Shown one piece after another: positions 9,072 through 18,636 of a stretch of DNA of 48,942 nt. A program made the position numbers and the translations under genes. The notes under the pieces were generated by a model. That model searched no databases and had not been told where the DNA came from. It worked only from the letters and a program-made list of their open reading frames with translations. Position 1 is the first letter of the stretch, and every line of letters starts with the position of its first letter. Origin of the DNA: Nanobdellota archaeon (GTDB lineage: Archaea > Nanobdellota > Nanobdellia > Woesearchaeales > JACJVW01). The stretch lies in assembly GCA_051819765.1 (NCBI GenBank), contig JBNJGT010000002.1:1-48942 (forward strand), read 5' to 3'.

Positions 9072-10277
9072 CTATTCTTCGCAACGCAGCGCATCCACCG
9101 GATTCTGCTTTGCCGCCTGCCTTGCTGGAAGCACCCCTGCAAGAGCCCCCACACCTGTTGCAAAAACAATGCAGCCGATGATCAATGCGTACGGAAAGAC
9201 AGGGCTCAAGAGTGCATAGCCCGCGTTTGCAGCGACAGCTCCTCCGATACGGGCGATGACATACCCCAGGCCGATTCCCACAATACCACCAACGAGGCCC
9301 AGAAACGCGGATTCGAACAAGAAGATTGAAAGGATTGAGCTGTTACGCGCACCGATCGCCTTCATGATGCCGATCTCATTCGTCCGTTCGATGACTGCCG
9401 TATACATGGTATTCATGATGTTCACGAATGCCACAATCATGGAGATGAATGCGATCAGGAACAGGATTGAGTTCAACACATTGATGATGGTATTGAAGGT
9501 TTCAAGGGCATCGCTGAAGGTCTGCACGAAAAATTCCTCCTCCCCTTCCTCAAGTCCCTTCTCGTCCCGAAGCTCCTCTTCAATGGTCTCCGCGATGGTA
9601 TCCATGTCAGTATTTCCCCGTACTTTACCAATCGCGTATGAATACTTGCCTTTGATATCTGGATATAGCTCCTCCATTGCATCATGGGTAAGATACACCA
9701 TCTCGTCATCCTGGGCGTTGCCTACTTCTGAATAGAATCCCACCACATCAAATACTTTCCCCTGGATCTCAAGCTTATCTCCGGTAAAAATCTGCTCATC
9801 AAACACTTTATTCTGATAGTTATATCCTAAGACTGCCTTGCTTTTTTGCCCGTCTCTAAGTCTTCTTCCTTTGTGGATGTCAATTGTGAATGTTGGCTCT
9901 ATCAGATCAAGCTGATCAGGATCAAGGCCTATGATAAATTTGTAGACCGTCTCATCATCAGATGATATCTCTGCCACTTTCATATAGAATGCAGCAACCT
10001 CCTCGACTTCGCTGATTTTTGAGACTATCTCCAGGTCTTGCTCTGATATCGAAAAGCTATCATCTGTCCCCGGCGCTCCCATGCCTCTTGCCTGGATGAA
10101 GAACTTGTCGGTCCCTGATTCTGCCGCAAGCTCGTCTATGTAGCTTTGCAGCCCCAGACCGAATGAAAGGATAGCAAAGATTGATGCGATACCGATGACA
10201 ATGGAAAGAGTCGTAAGCAGACTCCTGGTCTTTCGGTGACCTACATTCTGTAATGAGTATTTGAGCAGATCCATCAT
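9072..10277 (-). CDS. ABC transporter permease, FtsX/MacB family
   Basis: N-terminal TM, large extracytoplasmic loop and C-terminal TM bundle with ERTNEIGIMKAIGAR. 4-nt ATGA overlap with the upstream gene. An A5 run at 9044-9048 (T5 on the minus strand) lies downstream. Confidence 0.85.
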   Translation of the reverse strand: MMDLLKYSLQNVGHRKTRSLLTTLSIVIGIASIFAILSFGLGLQSYIDELAAESGTDKFFIQARGMGAPGTDDSFSISEQDLEIVSKISEVEEVAAFYMKVAEISSDDETVYKFIIGLDPDQLDLIEPTFTIDIHKGRRLRDGQKSKAVLGYNYQNKVFDEQIFTGDKLEIQGKVFDVVGFYSEVGNAQDDEMVYLTHDAMEELYPDIKGKYSYAIGKVRGNTDMDTIAETIEEELRDEKGLEEGEEEFFVQTFSDALETFNTIINVLNSILFLIAFISMIVAFVNIMNTMYTAVIERTNEIGIMKAIGARNSSILSIFLFESAFLGLVGGIVGIGLGYVIARIGGAVAANAGYALLSPVFPYALIIGCIVFATGVGALAGVLPARQAAKQNPVDALRCEE

Positions 10278-11494
10278 TTTGCAAACCTGAGTGCATCGAC
10301 CGGATGTTTCCTTGAAGCCTGATATGCCGGTAACACGCCTGACACTGTTCCGATGATAAAGGAAAACAGCAGTGCTGCGGTAATCAAGAAGGGTGATACC
10401 TGCGCCTGGATCAAGTCAACCCCCAGCGCCGCCCGCGCAATTGCTGCAAGACCATATGCCAGGCTCAGTCCAAGGAGGATGCCGATGATACCCCCAACCA
10501 TACCAAGCAGGCCAGACTCCATCAAGAAGATGGTGAACACTGTTGAGTTCCGGGCCCCCACAGATTTCAGGATGCCAATCTCCTTGGTCCGTTCGAGGAC
10601 CGATGTATACATGGTATTGGTGATACCTATCCCTCCCACAAGGATGGAGATCAGTGCGATGATTGTGACGAATAGCTGGACCGCAAACAGAGTGGAGTTA
10701 AGGGTATCAAGGGTATTTTCAGGTGTCTGCACCTCAAAGTTCTCATCTCCCTCGTCCACGTCTCGTTCTTTTTGAAGAACCCGTTCGATGTCCTCTTTTA
10801 CTTCGGGAATATCATCCACATCACGTACCTGTGCGATGATTACATCCACAGTATCTTCTATCTCAAAGAGGTCCTTCATCACATCTTCATTCATGAAAAT
10901 GATGGAATCTATCGTGAAGCTCCCCTTTTTCTCGACAAACCCTGCAATCTCAAATTCCTTATCTTTGATAGTGATTTTGTCTCCTACTCTGAGACCCTCT
11001 CTGTTCTCTGTTGTCTCAAAAAAATCATAGCCCAGCACGACCCGGTTGTCATCACCATCCTTTAGTAAGCGCCCTTTTTCGGGTTTAAGATTGAACATTC
11101 GTTCTACTACATCTCGATCCTCATCCAGGGGCATCGATCCTACAAATGCCATAAAATTGAAATCATCCACCTCTGCCTGTGCTGATGTGATATACCTGCC
11201 GAACACTGCCTTCAGCCCATCTACATCTTCAATCTTTTCTACCAGGTCCTGCTCGAGAGGAGTGGCAGCTCCTGTCCCTGGAGGGCCGGCAGTAACACCT
11301 TTAGCCTGTATTGTGAGCATGTCGGTCCCAAGGAATCCGAACTGGCTGGTTATTGCTGTCCGCAGCCCTTCGCCAAGTCCGATGAGGGATACGACTGCAG
11401 CAATACCGATAAAGATTCCGATCATGGTGAGATATGACCGGGTCCTTCGTCTGGCAAGGTTTCGCAGTGAGACCCTGAAGAGATCCAGTATCAT
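10274..11494 (-). CDS. ABC transporter permease, FtsX/MacB family (second copy)
   Basis: Same architecture, with ERTKEIGILKSVGAR. 4-nt overlaps at both ends. Confidence 0.85.
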   Translation of the reverse strand: MILDLFRVSLRNLARRRTRSYLTMIGIFIGIAAVVSLIGLGEGLRTAITSQFGFLGTDMLTIQAKGVTAGPPGTGAATPLEQDLVEKIEDVDGLKAVFGRYITSAQAEVDDFNFMAFVGSMPLDEDRDVVERMFNLKPEKGRLLKDGDDNRVVLGYDFFETTENREGLRVGDKITIKDKEFEIAGFVEKKGSFTIDSIIFMNEDVMKDLFEIEDTVDVIIAQVRDVDDIPEVKEDIERVLQKERDVDEGDENFEVQTPENTLDTLNSTLFAVQLFVTIIALISILVGGIGITNTMYTSVLERTKEIGILKSVGARNSTVFTIFLMESGLLGMVGGIIGILLGLSLAYGLAAIARAALGVDLIQAQVSPFLITAALLFSFIIGTVSGVLPAYQASRKHPVDALRFAK

Positions 11495-12711
11495 CGTCTC
11501 TTTTTCCAGTACCTATAGATGATGAAACCTACCACGACAATCGCGATCAAAATCAGGAATCCAACAGTATTATTTTTTTGGATCAGTCCTGCATCCATCG
11601 CCTCAGTCTGAGTGTATACCTTGTTTTGCACTGTGTAGGTTTCTGTATATTCCTGATTATTCTCATCAGCATATTCCACATCTATCACATAACTTGCAAA
11701 ATCATTGCACTTCTTGCATCGTAATTGATAATCGGCTGTCTCGTAATCATCTGAATCGATGTTTCCAACATATACCGCCGGTGTTGAGATTATTTCATAA
11801 TCCTCCTTCTCACGAAGTTTTGCAGTCAGAAACTTGATATCTTCTGATCCTTTATTAGTGAATCTCACTTCAAGTTCATTTGTTGCGCCGATGATGAATG
11901 GGTCATTGCTATCAAGCTGGACCATCAGTTCCGGTTCCTTTCCCACTTGAAGGCTGATTATTTGCTGACGCGTCTGTTTCTCTCCACTATCATCGATGAA
12001 TGTCAGGCTTGTTGGTATCTTGTAGACTCCTGAGTCGGCGTCAGCATTAGCCCTGAGCAAAAAATCTATGGATCTCTCTTCTTTGCTGCCAAGAATCTCA
12101 ATTATTTTTTCGTTGGAACTGCCCACTGGTGAGATCGGCAGCTCCTCCATATTAAGATTGACACTGATACGCTTGAAAAAAGTTTCAGCCATGTTCTTGA
12201 GTCCGATGCTAAGATTGACTGTATCTCCTGGGTTAACTCTGTAGGGGTCTGTTGAGACATCATTGATCGCAAGGATGGGATCTTCGGTTTTGACCCTGAT
12301 TTGGTACGGGTTCAGATACTTATATGTCTGCCCGCCATCAAAGGACATCCTCAGGTCAAGGTCATATATGCCGCTCGTTGCCTGTTCAGATACTGCCATT
12401 TTAAAGCGCACTACATAAGATTCAGCGCCTATCTGCCGCGCGTTGATAGTGCCAAGGACCTCCTGGCCGTCGCCTACCTTGGTGAACGGGAATGTAGGTG
12501 TTGCCTCGATGAGCGCTCCCTTTATGCTTTCGGTTCCCACATTGTTCACCTGGAACCGTACCTCGACAAGGCTGCCCGGCTCCACTGGATCAGGCTCCTG
12601 GTTCAAGAGGTCAACATTGATTTTGGCAGTATCAGGTATATTGACTTCAGTGCCGGGGATCTGTGCGAATGCTAATGGTAACAATAATAGTATCAGAACT
12701 AATCGTTTCAT
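11491..12711 (-). CDS. Secreted, C-terminally anchored protein with CARDB/S-layer-like beta-sandwich repeats
   Basis: Signal peptide MKRLVLILLLLPLAFAQ. Repeated segments VEVRFQVNNVG, VNLSIGLKNM and LEVRFTNKGSEDI. C-terminal TM followed by KKRR. Embedded in the ABC operon. Confidence 0.7.
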   Translation of the reverse strand: MKRLVLILLLLPLAFAQIPGTEVNIPDTAKINVDLLNQEPDPVEPGSLVEVRFQVNNVGTESIKGALIEATPTFPFTKVGDGQEVLGTINARQIGAESYVVRFKMAVSEQATSGIYDLDLRMSFDGGQTYKYLNPYQIRVKTEDPILAINDVSTDPYRVNPGDTVNLSIGLKNMAETFFKRISVNLNMEELPISPVGSSNEKIIEILGSKEERSIDFLLRANADADSGVYKIPTSLTFIDDSGEKQTRQQIISLQVGKEPELMVQLDSNDPFIIGATNELEVRFTNKGSEDIKFLTAKLREKEDYEIISTPAVYVGNIDSDDYETADYQLRCKKCNDFASYVIDVEYADENNQEYTETYTVQNKVYTQTEAMDAGLIQKNNTVGFLILIAIVVVGFIIYRYWKKRR

Positions 12712-13403
12712 TTTTTTTTCCTCCGTGTTTTGATAATCTGTCCGTCATGCAGGTATTCGACCCGGTTGGCGAACTTTGCCGTATCAGGGTCATGCGTAAC
12801 CATGATGATTGTGGTTTTCTTGTTCTTATGCAGGTCTTGCAGGAAGTCCATGACTATACCGCTGGTCTTTGAGTCAAGGTTGCCTGTTGGCTCATCCGCA
12901 AGCACCACCTCTGGTTCATTCACAAGGGATCGGGCTATTGCGACTCGTTGTTGTTGTCCACCGCTCATCTCATAGGGTTTATGATCGAGGCGCGAACCAA
13001 GTTCCACCATCTCCAGCAGTTCACGTGCCCGCTTCTCCCGCTTTTCCTTGGGCTCTCCCTGGAACATCATGGGTAATGCCACGTTCTCAAGGGCAGTCAT
13101 GGTCGGGATGAGGTTGAACTGCTGGAATATGAACCCTATCTTTTTTCCTCTGATCTGCGCAAGATCAGATTCATCCAGTTTTGAGATATCTTTTCCATCC
13201 AGATATATTATTCCTTTCGAGGGCAGATCAAGTGCTCCCACCATGTTCATGGCTGTTGACTTTCCGCTTCCGCTGGGTCCCTGGATCGATAAGAATTCTC
13301 CCTTCTTGATTGAAAGATTCAGTCCACGAAGGGCATGCACCTCTACATCACCCATTTGATAGGTCTTCCATACATCTTTTAGCACGATGATTTCGTCTTT
13401 CAT
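12708..13403 (-). CDS. ABC transporter ATP-binding protein (MacB/LolD-like)
   Basis: Walker A GPSGSGKST, signature LSGGQQQRVAIARS, Walker B VVLADEPTGNLD. Start set at ATG 13403, which gives an ATGA overlap with the regulator stop. Confidence 0.9.
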   Translation of the reverse strand: MKDEIIVLKDVWKTYQMGDVEVHALRGLNLSIKKGEFLSIQGPSGSGKSTAMNMVGALDLPSKGIIYLDGKDISKLDESDLAQIRGKKIGFIFQQFNLIPTMTALENVALPMMFQGEPKEKREKRARELLEMVELGSRLDHKPYEMSGGQQQRVAIARSLVNEPEVVLADEPTGNLDSKTSGIVMDFLQDLHKNKKTTIIMVTHDPDTAKFANRVEYLHDGQIIKTRRKKK

Positions 13404-13873
13404 AGTTGTTCCACACAATTCCTGATGGCCTTTTCGATATGCTTTATATCCGTGAGCATCTTCTCGATGGTCTGTAGCTTCTGCTTTTGTCGTTCATCCC
13501 CTGATTCGGTGATTGTTTTCTTGTGCCGCTTGATGATGTCCGGCAGTTGGGATTTGAGTGGCTTTATCTCCCGCTCCAGTGAAAGGTACAGCTTGTGCCG
13601 GGTCAGTGCGACCATATCTTTTTCCATATGATAATACACCTTCTTTGAGCCCGGCTTCTTGATGCGTTTTGCAAGACCTGTCTGTTCGAAGATGCGCATC
13701 TTCGTGCTCACACTTGAGAGGCTGTACTCGGTCTTTTTTGCAAGGGCATCCAGTGCCACCTCCGTTGGTGAGAGAAACAGGGTTACAAATATCTTGCCGC
13801 TCAGGCTATCCATACCAAAATCCTTCATGATGGATTCGACAAGCCAGTAGATCTCTTTTTCGAATGGTTTCAT
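13400..13873 (-). CDS. Winged-helix transcriptional regulator (MarR/GbsR-like), first gene of the ABC operon
   Basis: 157 aa. The wHTH-like segment is LDALAKKTEYSLSSVSTKMRIFEQTGLAKRIKKPGSKKVYY. Translationally coupled to the ATPase gene. Confidence 0.6.
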   Translation of the reverse strand: MKPFEKEIYWLVESIMKDFGMDSLSGKIFVTLFLSPTEVALDALAKKTEYSLSSVSTKMRIFEQTGLAKRIKKPGSKKVYYHMEKDMVALTRHKLYLSLEREIKPLKSQLPDIIKRHKKTITESGDERQKQKLQTIEKMLTDIKHIEKAIRNCVEQL

Positions 13874-13874
13874 C

Positions 13875-13892
13875 TTTCAGGATTCTCTGAAA
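13875..13892 (-). promoter_or_regulatory. Operator-like inverted repeat TTTCAG-N6-CTGAAA between TATA and ATG of the regulator gene
   Basis: Perfect 6-bp arms, 2-19 nt upstream of the ATG at 13873 and downstream of the TATA at 13903-13910. Confidence 0.45.
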
Positions 13893-13902
13893 ATTCTGAA
13901 GA

Positions 13903-13910
13903 TTTAAAAA
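13903..13910 (-). promoter_or_regulatory. TATA box (TTTTTAAA on minus strand) of the regulator/ABC operon
   Basis: 30 nt upstream of the ATG at 13873. Confidence 0.45.
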
Positions 13911-13919
13911 TATTATGTA

Positions 13920-14612
13920 TCATTCCTCATCATTGCAGCAGAATTCCTTGATCTCTTGCGAACTAAGGGGGACAAAAGTGCCCTGTTTCAGCCCTCCCAG
14001 GCTTATGCTCCCGATATGCGTGCGCCTGAGGCTCTTGACACTGTAGCCGCACCGTTTGAGGATACGTCTGATGATACGGTTTCGCCCTTCATGTATGGTG
14101 ATCGCATATTTCCTCTCACCAAGGATCTCAACCTGTGCAGGGCTTGTGTGTGAATCCTCAAGCTGGACGCCTCGTTCTATCTGCTGGATATCAGCACTTT
14201 GCAGCGGCTCATCAGTGATAACCTCATACCGCTTATTGATTTCATACCGGGGATGCATGATTCGGTTCGCAAAGTCACCATCATTAGTAAGAATAAGGAG
14301 TCCTGAAGTATTGTAGTCCAGTCGCCCCACCGGAAAGACCCGTTCGGGGATATCAATATAATCCATGATAGTTTTCTTGAAATCATCCCGCAAGGCTGTG
14401 ACGCATCCTATCGGCTTATGGAACTTTAGATAGACCTTTCTTTGTGATCCTACTGGCTGATTGTCAACTCGTATCTCGTCCTGGGAAGAGGCTTTATCGC
14501 CTAAACTGATAATAGTTCCATTGACAGATACACGGCCCGCATCAATGAGCTCCTCTGCCTTCCTGCGGGAGCAATACCCCCGTTCGGATAACAATTTTTG
14601 TACTCTGTGCAT
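13920..14612 (-). CDS. Pseudouridine synthase, RsuA/RluB family (bacterial type)
   Basis: S4 domain N-terminus RVQKLLSERGYCSRRKAEELI. Catalytic motif FPVGRLDYNTSGLLILTNDG. Confidence 0.85.
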   Translation of the reverse strand: MHRVQKLLSERGYCSRRKAEELIDAGRVSVNGTIISLGDKASSQDEIRVDNQPVGSQRKVYLKFHKPIGCVTALRDDFKKTIMDYIDIPERVFPVGRLDYNTSGLLILTNDGDFANRIMHPRYEINKRYEVITDEPLQSADIQQIERGVQLEDSHTSPAQVEILGERKYAITIHEGRNRIIRRILKRCGYSVKSLRRTHIGSISLGGLKQGTFVPLSSQEIKEFCCNDEE

Positions 14613-14741
14613 GGTTCCTCATAAACTGATTGCCCTTCTTAAATCTATGGGGTATTGTGACGAAAGATTCTGGACCCTTAATTTATAGGCCGAATCAGGC
14701 CCTATAAGGATTTATGGGGCGTGCTTCTTAAACGTCTCTGG

Positions 14742-14769
14742 TGCGGGGGACAATACATGCGGGGGACAA
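14742..14769 (+). promoter_or_regulatory. Tandem direct repeat TGCGGGGGACAA (x2, 16-nt period) upstream of the CheY-KaiC cluster promoter
   Basis: Exact 12-mers at 14742-14753 and 14758-14769, ending 11 nt upstream of the TATA at 14780. Confidence 0.5.
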
Positions 14770-14779
14770 GACCCAAAAA

Positions 14780-14787
14780 TATATAAA
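14780..14787 (+). promoter_or_regulatory. TATA box (TATATAAA) of the receiver gene
   Basis: 23 nt upstream of the ATG at 14810. Confidence 0.6.
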
Positions 14788-14809
14788 TAAAGTCTACTAG
14801 ACATTAGGC

Positions 14810-15196
14810 ATGGACAAGTACCACCTTCTGATAATAGATGACGAGGAAGATACCCTCTCTTTACTCAAGGACGTCTTCGAGACCGAAGGATATGAGGTAA
14901 AGGTCGCACGGGACGGCCCGGAGAGTCTTGAGATTCTAAATGACTTCACCCCTGACATCATTTTGCTGGACATAATGATGCCTAAGATGAATGGGTGGGT
15001 AGTCTTCATGAACCTGCAAAAGGATGAGCGGCTGCGAAAGATTCCAGTCATGGTCGTAAGCGCAAAACCCCTTTCCAAGGAAAGTAAGGATAAGGTACAG
15101 CTTCTGGGAGTCAAGGATTACGTGATAAAGCCATTCGACCTCTCATCCCTGTCAGAGAAGGTCAAGTCAATTATCGAGAAATCAGAAAACATTTAA
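14810..15196 (+). CDS. CheY-like response regulator receiver domain (stand-alone)
   Basis: 128 aa. LLIIDDEED, IILLDIMMPKMNG (phospho-acceptor Asp), VMVVSAKP and DYVIKPF. Confidence 0.88.
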   Translation: MDKYHLLIIDDEEDTLSLLKDVFETEGYEVKVARDGPESLEILNDFTPDIILLDIMMPKMNGWVVFMNLQKDERLRKIPVMVVSAKPLSKESKDKVQLLGVKDYVIKPFDLSSLSEKVKSIIEKSENI

Positions 15197-15199
15197 ATA
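15192..15199 (+). promoter_or_regulatory. TATA box (TTTAAATA) overlapping the receiver stop codon
   Basis: 23 nt upstream of the ATG at 15222. Confidence 0.5.
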
Positions 15200-15221
15200 C
15201 CACTCTTCGTATTCGTACACT

Positions 15222-15926
15222 ATGCCTGAAACTGATGGACAACTACAGACACGCATCCCTGGACTTGATGATTTCTTTCAGGGCGGGATTCCCCTAGGTT
15301 CATCCATACTCCTCATCGCGCCCCCTATCATTGAGGCACGCCTTTTTTGCCTTGATTTCCTCAATAAGGGGCTCGAAAATGGTGAGGCGGCGTTGATGCT
15401 CACTACCGATGATTCTCCTGAGAACCTACGCAGCAAGGCCGGTGAGGGTTTTTCCAAGGCAGAAGAGGAGAACCGTATGTTCTGGGTTGATGCCTATTCC
15501 ATCAACGCGAACAAGGATGTGCAGGACACCCAAAGCATCAAGCGGATCGGTGGCCCTGTTGCATTATCAGACATGGCAATCGCATTGTCCAATGTACAGA
15601 TAGCATTCAACAAGCAGAATTACTCTTCCTTCAGGTTTGTATTTGACTCTCTCTCAACCTTGCTCATGTACAGCAGTCCTGACACTGTATACTACTTTTT
15701 GCAGTCAGTGATTCCCAAATTGAGCCGTGCAGGGGGTGTCGGACTGTTTGTCCTTGCAAGCGGCATGCATGACCCTCGCGTTGAAATGACTGTCCGCCAT
15801 CTCATGGGTGGTGCACTCCAGCTTGACGATGACCTTAACCTCAAGATCCTCAATTTCCCCAAAGTTCTCACAAAAAAGGATGCTCACTTGACCTTTGCTG
15901 ATAACACGTTCAGCGTGGACCGATAA
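15222..15926 (+). CDS. KaiC/RecA-superfamily protein lacking a Walker A motif (probable pseudo-ATPase)
   Basis: IPGLDDFFQGGIPLGSSILLIAPPIIEARLFCLDFL aligns with the KaiC-like N-terminus of the next-but-one gene. GxxGxGK[ST] is replaced by APPIIEAR, while a Walker-B-like FRFVFDS is kept. Confidence 0.7.
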   Translation: MPETDGQLQTRIPGLDDFFQGGIPLGSSILLIAPPIIEARLFCLDFLNKGLENGEAALMLTTDDSPENLRSKAGEGFSKAEEENRMFWVDAYSINANKDVQDTQSIKRIGGPVALSDMAIALSNVQIAFNKQNYSSFRFVFDSLSTLLMYSSPDTVYYFLQSVIPKLSRAGGVGLFVLASGMHDPRVEMTVRHLMGGALQLDDDLNLKILNFPKVLTKKDAHLTFADNTFSVDR

Positions 15927-15934
15927 TTATAAAT
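15927..15934 (+). promoter_or_regulatory. TATA box (TTATAAAT)
   Basis: 25 nt upstream of the ATG at 15959, directly after the stop of the previous gene. Confidence 0.5.
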
Positions 15935-15958
15935 ATGGGCAAGAGGGTTTTATGATGT

Positions 15959-16438
15959 ATGGATAAAAAAGGGATGTCTCCGCTGCTTGCAACATTGCTT
16001 CTTATCGCCTTTGCCATCTCTCTGGGGATCCTTGTCATGAGTCTTGGCCAGCAGATGCGTCAAAATAGTGGCCATGGTAATGTGAACATGTCCAAGGTAT
16101 GCAGTCAGGTCTCCTTTGAGGTTGTCTCGGTTGGCGGGCTGAGTTCCTTATGCTATGACAAGGAGGCCAAACAACTATCCTTGATTGGTGTCAACAGGGG
16201 TGCTCCGATCCATTCAATGCAGGTCTGGGTCATCGGAAAGCGCCTCTACAAGGCAGAACTTCTTGATGATCCCCTGCCAAAGGGAATGACTGTTGAACGG
16301 CAGATTCCCTATGATGCGTCCCAGTACGGCACCATTGACAAAATCAAGCTTATCCCTCGCATCCAGGATCTGACTATGGATGATCCGGTGTTTTGCGTGG
16401 ATTATCCAATTGAAGTGAATCAAGTACCGACGTGTTAA
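15959..16438 (+). CDS. Archaeal type IV pilin-like protein (class III signal peptide)
   Basis: N-terminus MDKKGMSPLLATLLLIAFAISLGILVMSL has a basic stretch, Gly, then a hydrophobic helix, as in archaeal pilin/archaellin-type signal peptides. Confidence 0.65.
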   Translation: MDKKGMSPLLATLLLIAFAISLGILVMSLGQQMRQNSGHGNVNMSKVCSQVSFEVVSVGGLSSLCYDKEAKQLSLIGVNRGAPIHSMQVWVIGKRLYKAELLDDPLPKGMTVERQIPYDASQYGTIDKIKLIPRIQDLTMDDPVFCVDYPIEVNQVPTC

Positions 16439-16440
16439 CA

Positions 16441-17208
16441 ATGGGTTTTGGACCAGAAGGACAATCGACACAACCACCCACCGATCCCTCGAATAGTTAT
16501 ATCACCAGGGTCCCCTCCGGCATCCATGGGCTTGATAATCTCATTGAAGGAGGCATCCCCAAAAGCTCAGCCACCCTGGTGAGCGGTACTCCCGGCAGCG
16601 GGAAGAGCACATTCGGCCTGCAATTCCTTGCCAATGGTGCATTGAAATACGGTGAGCGCGGGATCTACATCACTCTTGAAGAGGATGTTGACAGCCTGAT
16701 CCTCCAGGCAAAACGCTACGGGTTTGATCTGCAAAAGCTGATTGATGAGGGCATGCTCCTCATGCTCAAGCTCGAGGTGGATTACACCCAGGGTGAAGAG
16801 GCTATCCTCAAGATAATTGACAAGGCTTTTTTAAACGAGATCAGGTCCTTCGGTGCACAGCGCATGTGTCTTGACTCTATCTCTCTTGTGTTGCATCTCT
16901 CCCACAGCAAGTATGGTGATCGGGGCGCGACCGCAGAACTCATCAAGCACATGAAACAACTCAAGCTTACAACCCTTCTCCTGCATGAACGTGAGCAGGG
17001 TCAGATGTCAGAGATCACGTACAGTTTTTATGACTTTGTCTGCGACGGGACAATCTACCTGCAGATGATACGAAGAAAGGATGCGGCAGAATTTTTCCGT
17101 GCCCTCACTGTCCTCAAGATGCGAAAGACCAACCACCAGAAAGGGGTGTATCCGGTTCACCTCGAACCCACTGGCTTTAAGGTCTACGAAAACCAGAAAG
17201 TCTTCTAG
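16441..17208 (+). CDS. KaiC-like RecA-superfamily ATPase (intact P-loop)
   Basis: [36 protein letters not shown], with Walker B in [11 protein letters not shown] at 16441 lies 3 nt after the pilin stop; a GTG at 16432 is an alternative start. Confidence 0.8.
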   Translation: MGFGPEGQSTQPPTDPSNSYITRVPSGIHGLDNLIEGGIPKSSATLVSGTPGSGKSTFGLQFLANGALKYGERGIYITLEEDVDSLILQAKRYGFDLQKLIDEGMLLMLKLEVDYTQGEEAILKIIDKAFLNEIRSFGAQRMCLDSISLVLHLSHSKYGDRGATAELIKHMKQLKLTTLLLHEREQGQMSEITYSFYDFVCDGTIYLQMIRRKDAAEFFRALTVLKMRKTNHQKGVYPVHLEPTGFKVYENQKVF

Positions 17209-18614
17209 TACCTGTAATGTTCAGGTTTGAAAGGCCCTTCTTTCTTGATACCTATGTAGTCTGCCTGCTCATCACTTAGTCTTGTAAGGCTTGCGCCAAG
17301 CTGGTCCAGGTGAAGTCTTGCAACCTCTTCATCAAGCTCTTTTGAAAGGATTGTCACTCCTGTTTCCTTTTCATTTGTCCACAGATCAATTTGGGCAAGA
17401 ACCTGATTTGCAAAAGAATTGCTCATGACAAAACTTGGATGCCCTGTTGCACAGCCAAGGTTGACTAGTCTTCCTTCTGCAAGCAGATAAATTGAATGGC
17501 CGTCCTCGAATGTATATCTATGAACCGGGCATTCGCATCCCTTAATCTCTTCTTTTACAACCCCCGGCCAATTCTCAAGTTCTGCAACTTGTATCTCATT
17601 ATCAAAATGCCCTATGTTGCATACAATCGCCTGATCTTTCATCTTGCTCATGTGCTCTGCTGTAATCACATCTTTATTTCCTGTGGTCGTGACATATATG
17701 TCTGCTTCAGGAAGTGCATCCTCAATCCTGCATACTTTATAGCCTGCCATGCATGCTTGTAATGCGCAGATAGGATCAATTTCAGATACAAGGACACGGG
17801 CCTTCTCGTTACTCATTGATTCTGCACTACCCTTTCCTACATCACCATAGCCACAGATCATTGCGGTCTTACCGGATACAAGTACATCCATTGCACGCTT
17901 GATACCATCTGGAAGCGAATGCCTGCAACCATAGACATTATCAAACTTGCTTTTTGTCACAGAATCATTCACATTGATTGCAGGAAACAACAGTGTATTT
18001 GATTCCATCATCTGGTATAGTCTGTGCACACCGGTTGTGGTCTCTTCAGAAACCCCTTTGACTTCTTTTACAACCTTGCTCCATCTGGATGAATCCTCTC
18101 CGTGCAGCTTTTTGAGAAGTGCCATAAGTTCTCGGAAGTCTTCCCCCTCACCTGGGTAATCTTTCTCAAGAAGTGACGGGTCTTTTTCCACCTCAACACC
18201 TTTATGGATCATGAGGGTTGCGTCTCCTCCGTCATCTACAATCAATTGTGGTCCTTTGCCTTCTGGAAATGATAGTGCTTTTTCAGTACACCACCAGTAA
18301 TCCTGAAGTGTCTCTCCTTTCCATGCAAAGACCGGAATGCCTTGTTTTGCTATAGCAGCTGCAGCATGGTCCTGTGTTGAAAAAATATTGCATGAGCACC
18401 AGCGAACATCTGCACCAAGAGTAACAAGTGTCTCAATCAGAACTGCAGTTTGAATAGTCATATGAAGGCTGCCAGTTACCCTGGCGCCTTTCAAAGGTTT
18501 CTTTTCTGCATATTTTGCCCGGATCGCCATGAGGCCGGGCATCTCTTTTTCAGCTATATCTATCTCTTTACGGCCCCATTCAGCCAGATTTATATCTTTG
18601 ATTTTGTAATCCAT
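17205..18614 (-). CDS. ahcY: S-adenosyl-L-homocysteine hydrolase
   Basis: Starts [33 protein letters not shown] motif [13 protein letters not shown]. Its stop shares the palindrome CTAG with the stop of the convergent KaiC-like gene. Confidence 0.92.
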   Translation of the reverse strand: MDYKIKDINLAEWGRKEIDIAEKEMPGLMAIRAKYAEKKPLKGARVTGSLHMTIQTAVLIETLVTLGADVRWCSCNIFSTQDHAAAAIAKQGIPVFAWKGETLQDYWWCTEKALSFPEGKGPQLIVDDGGDATLMIHKGVEVEKDPSLLEKDYPGEGEDFRELMALLKKLHGEDSSRWSKVVKEVKGVSEETTTGVHRLYQMMESNTLLFPAINVNDSVTKSKFDNVYGCRHSLPDGIKRAMDVLVSGKTAMICGYGDVGKGSAESMSNEKARVLVSEIDPICALQACMAGYKVCRIEDALPEADIYVTTTGNKDVITAEHMSKMKDQAIVCNIGHFDNEIQVAELENWPGVVKEEIKGCECPVHRYTFEDGHSIYLLAEGRLVNLGCATGHPSFVMSNSFANQVLAQIDLWTNEKETGVTILSKELDEEVARLHLDQLGASLTRLSDEQADYIGIKKEGPFKPEHYRY

Positions 18615-18636
18615 ATTAATGAGCTTTAGATGGATA

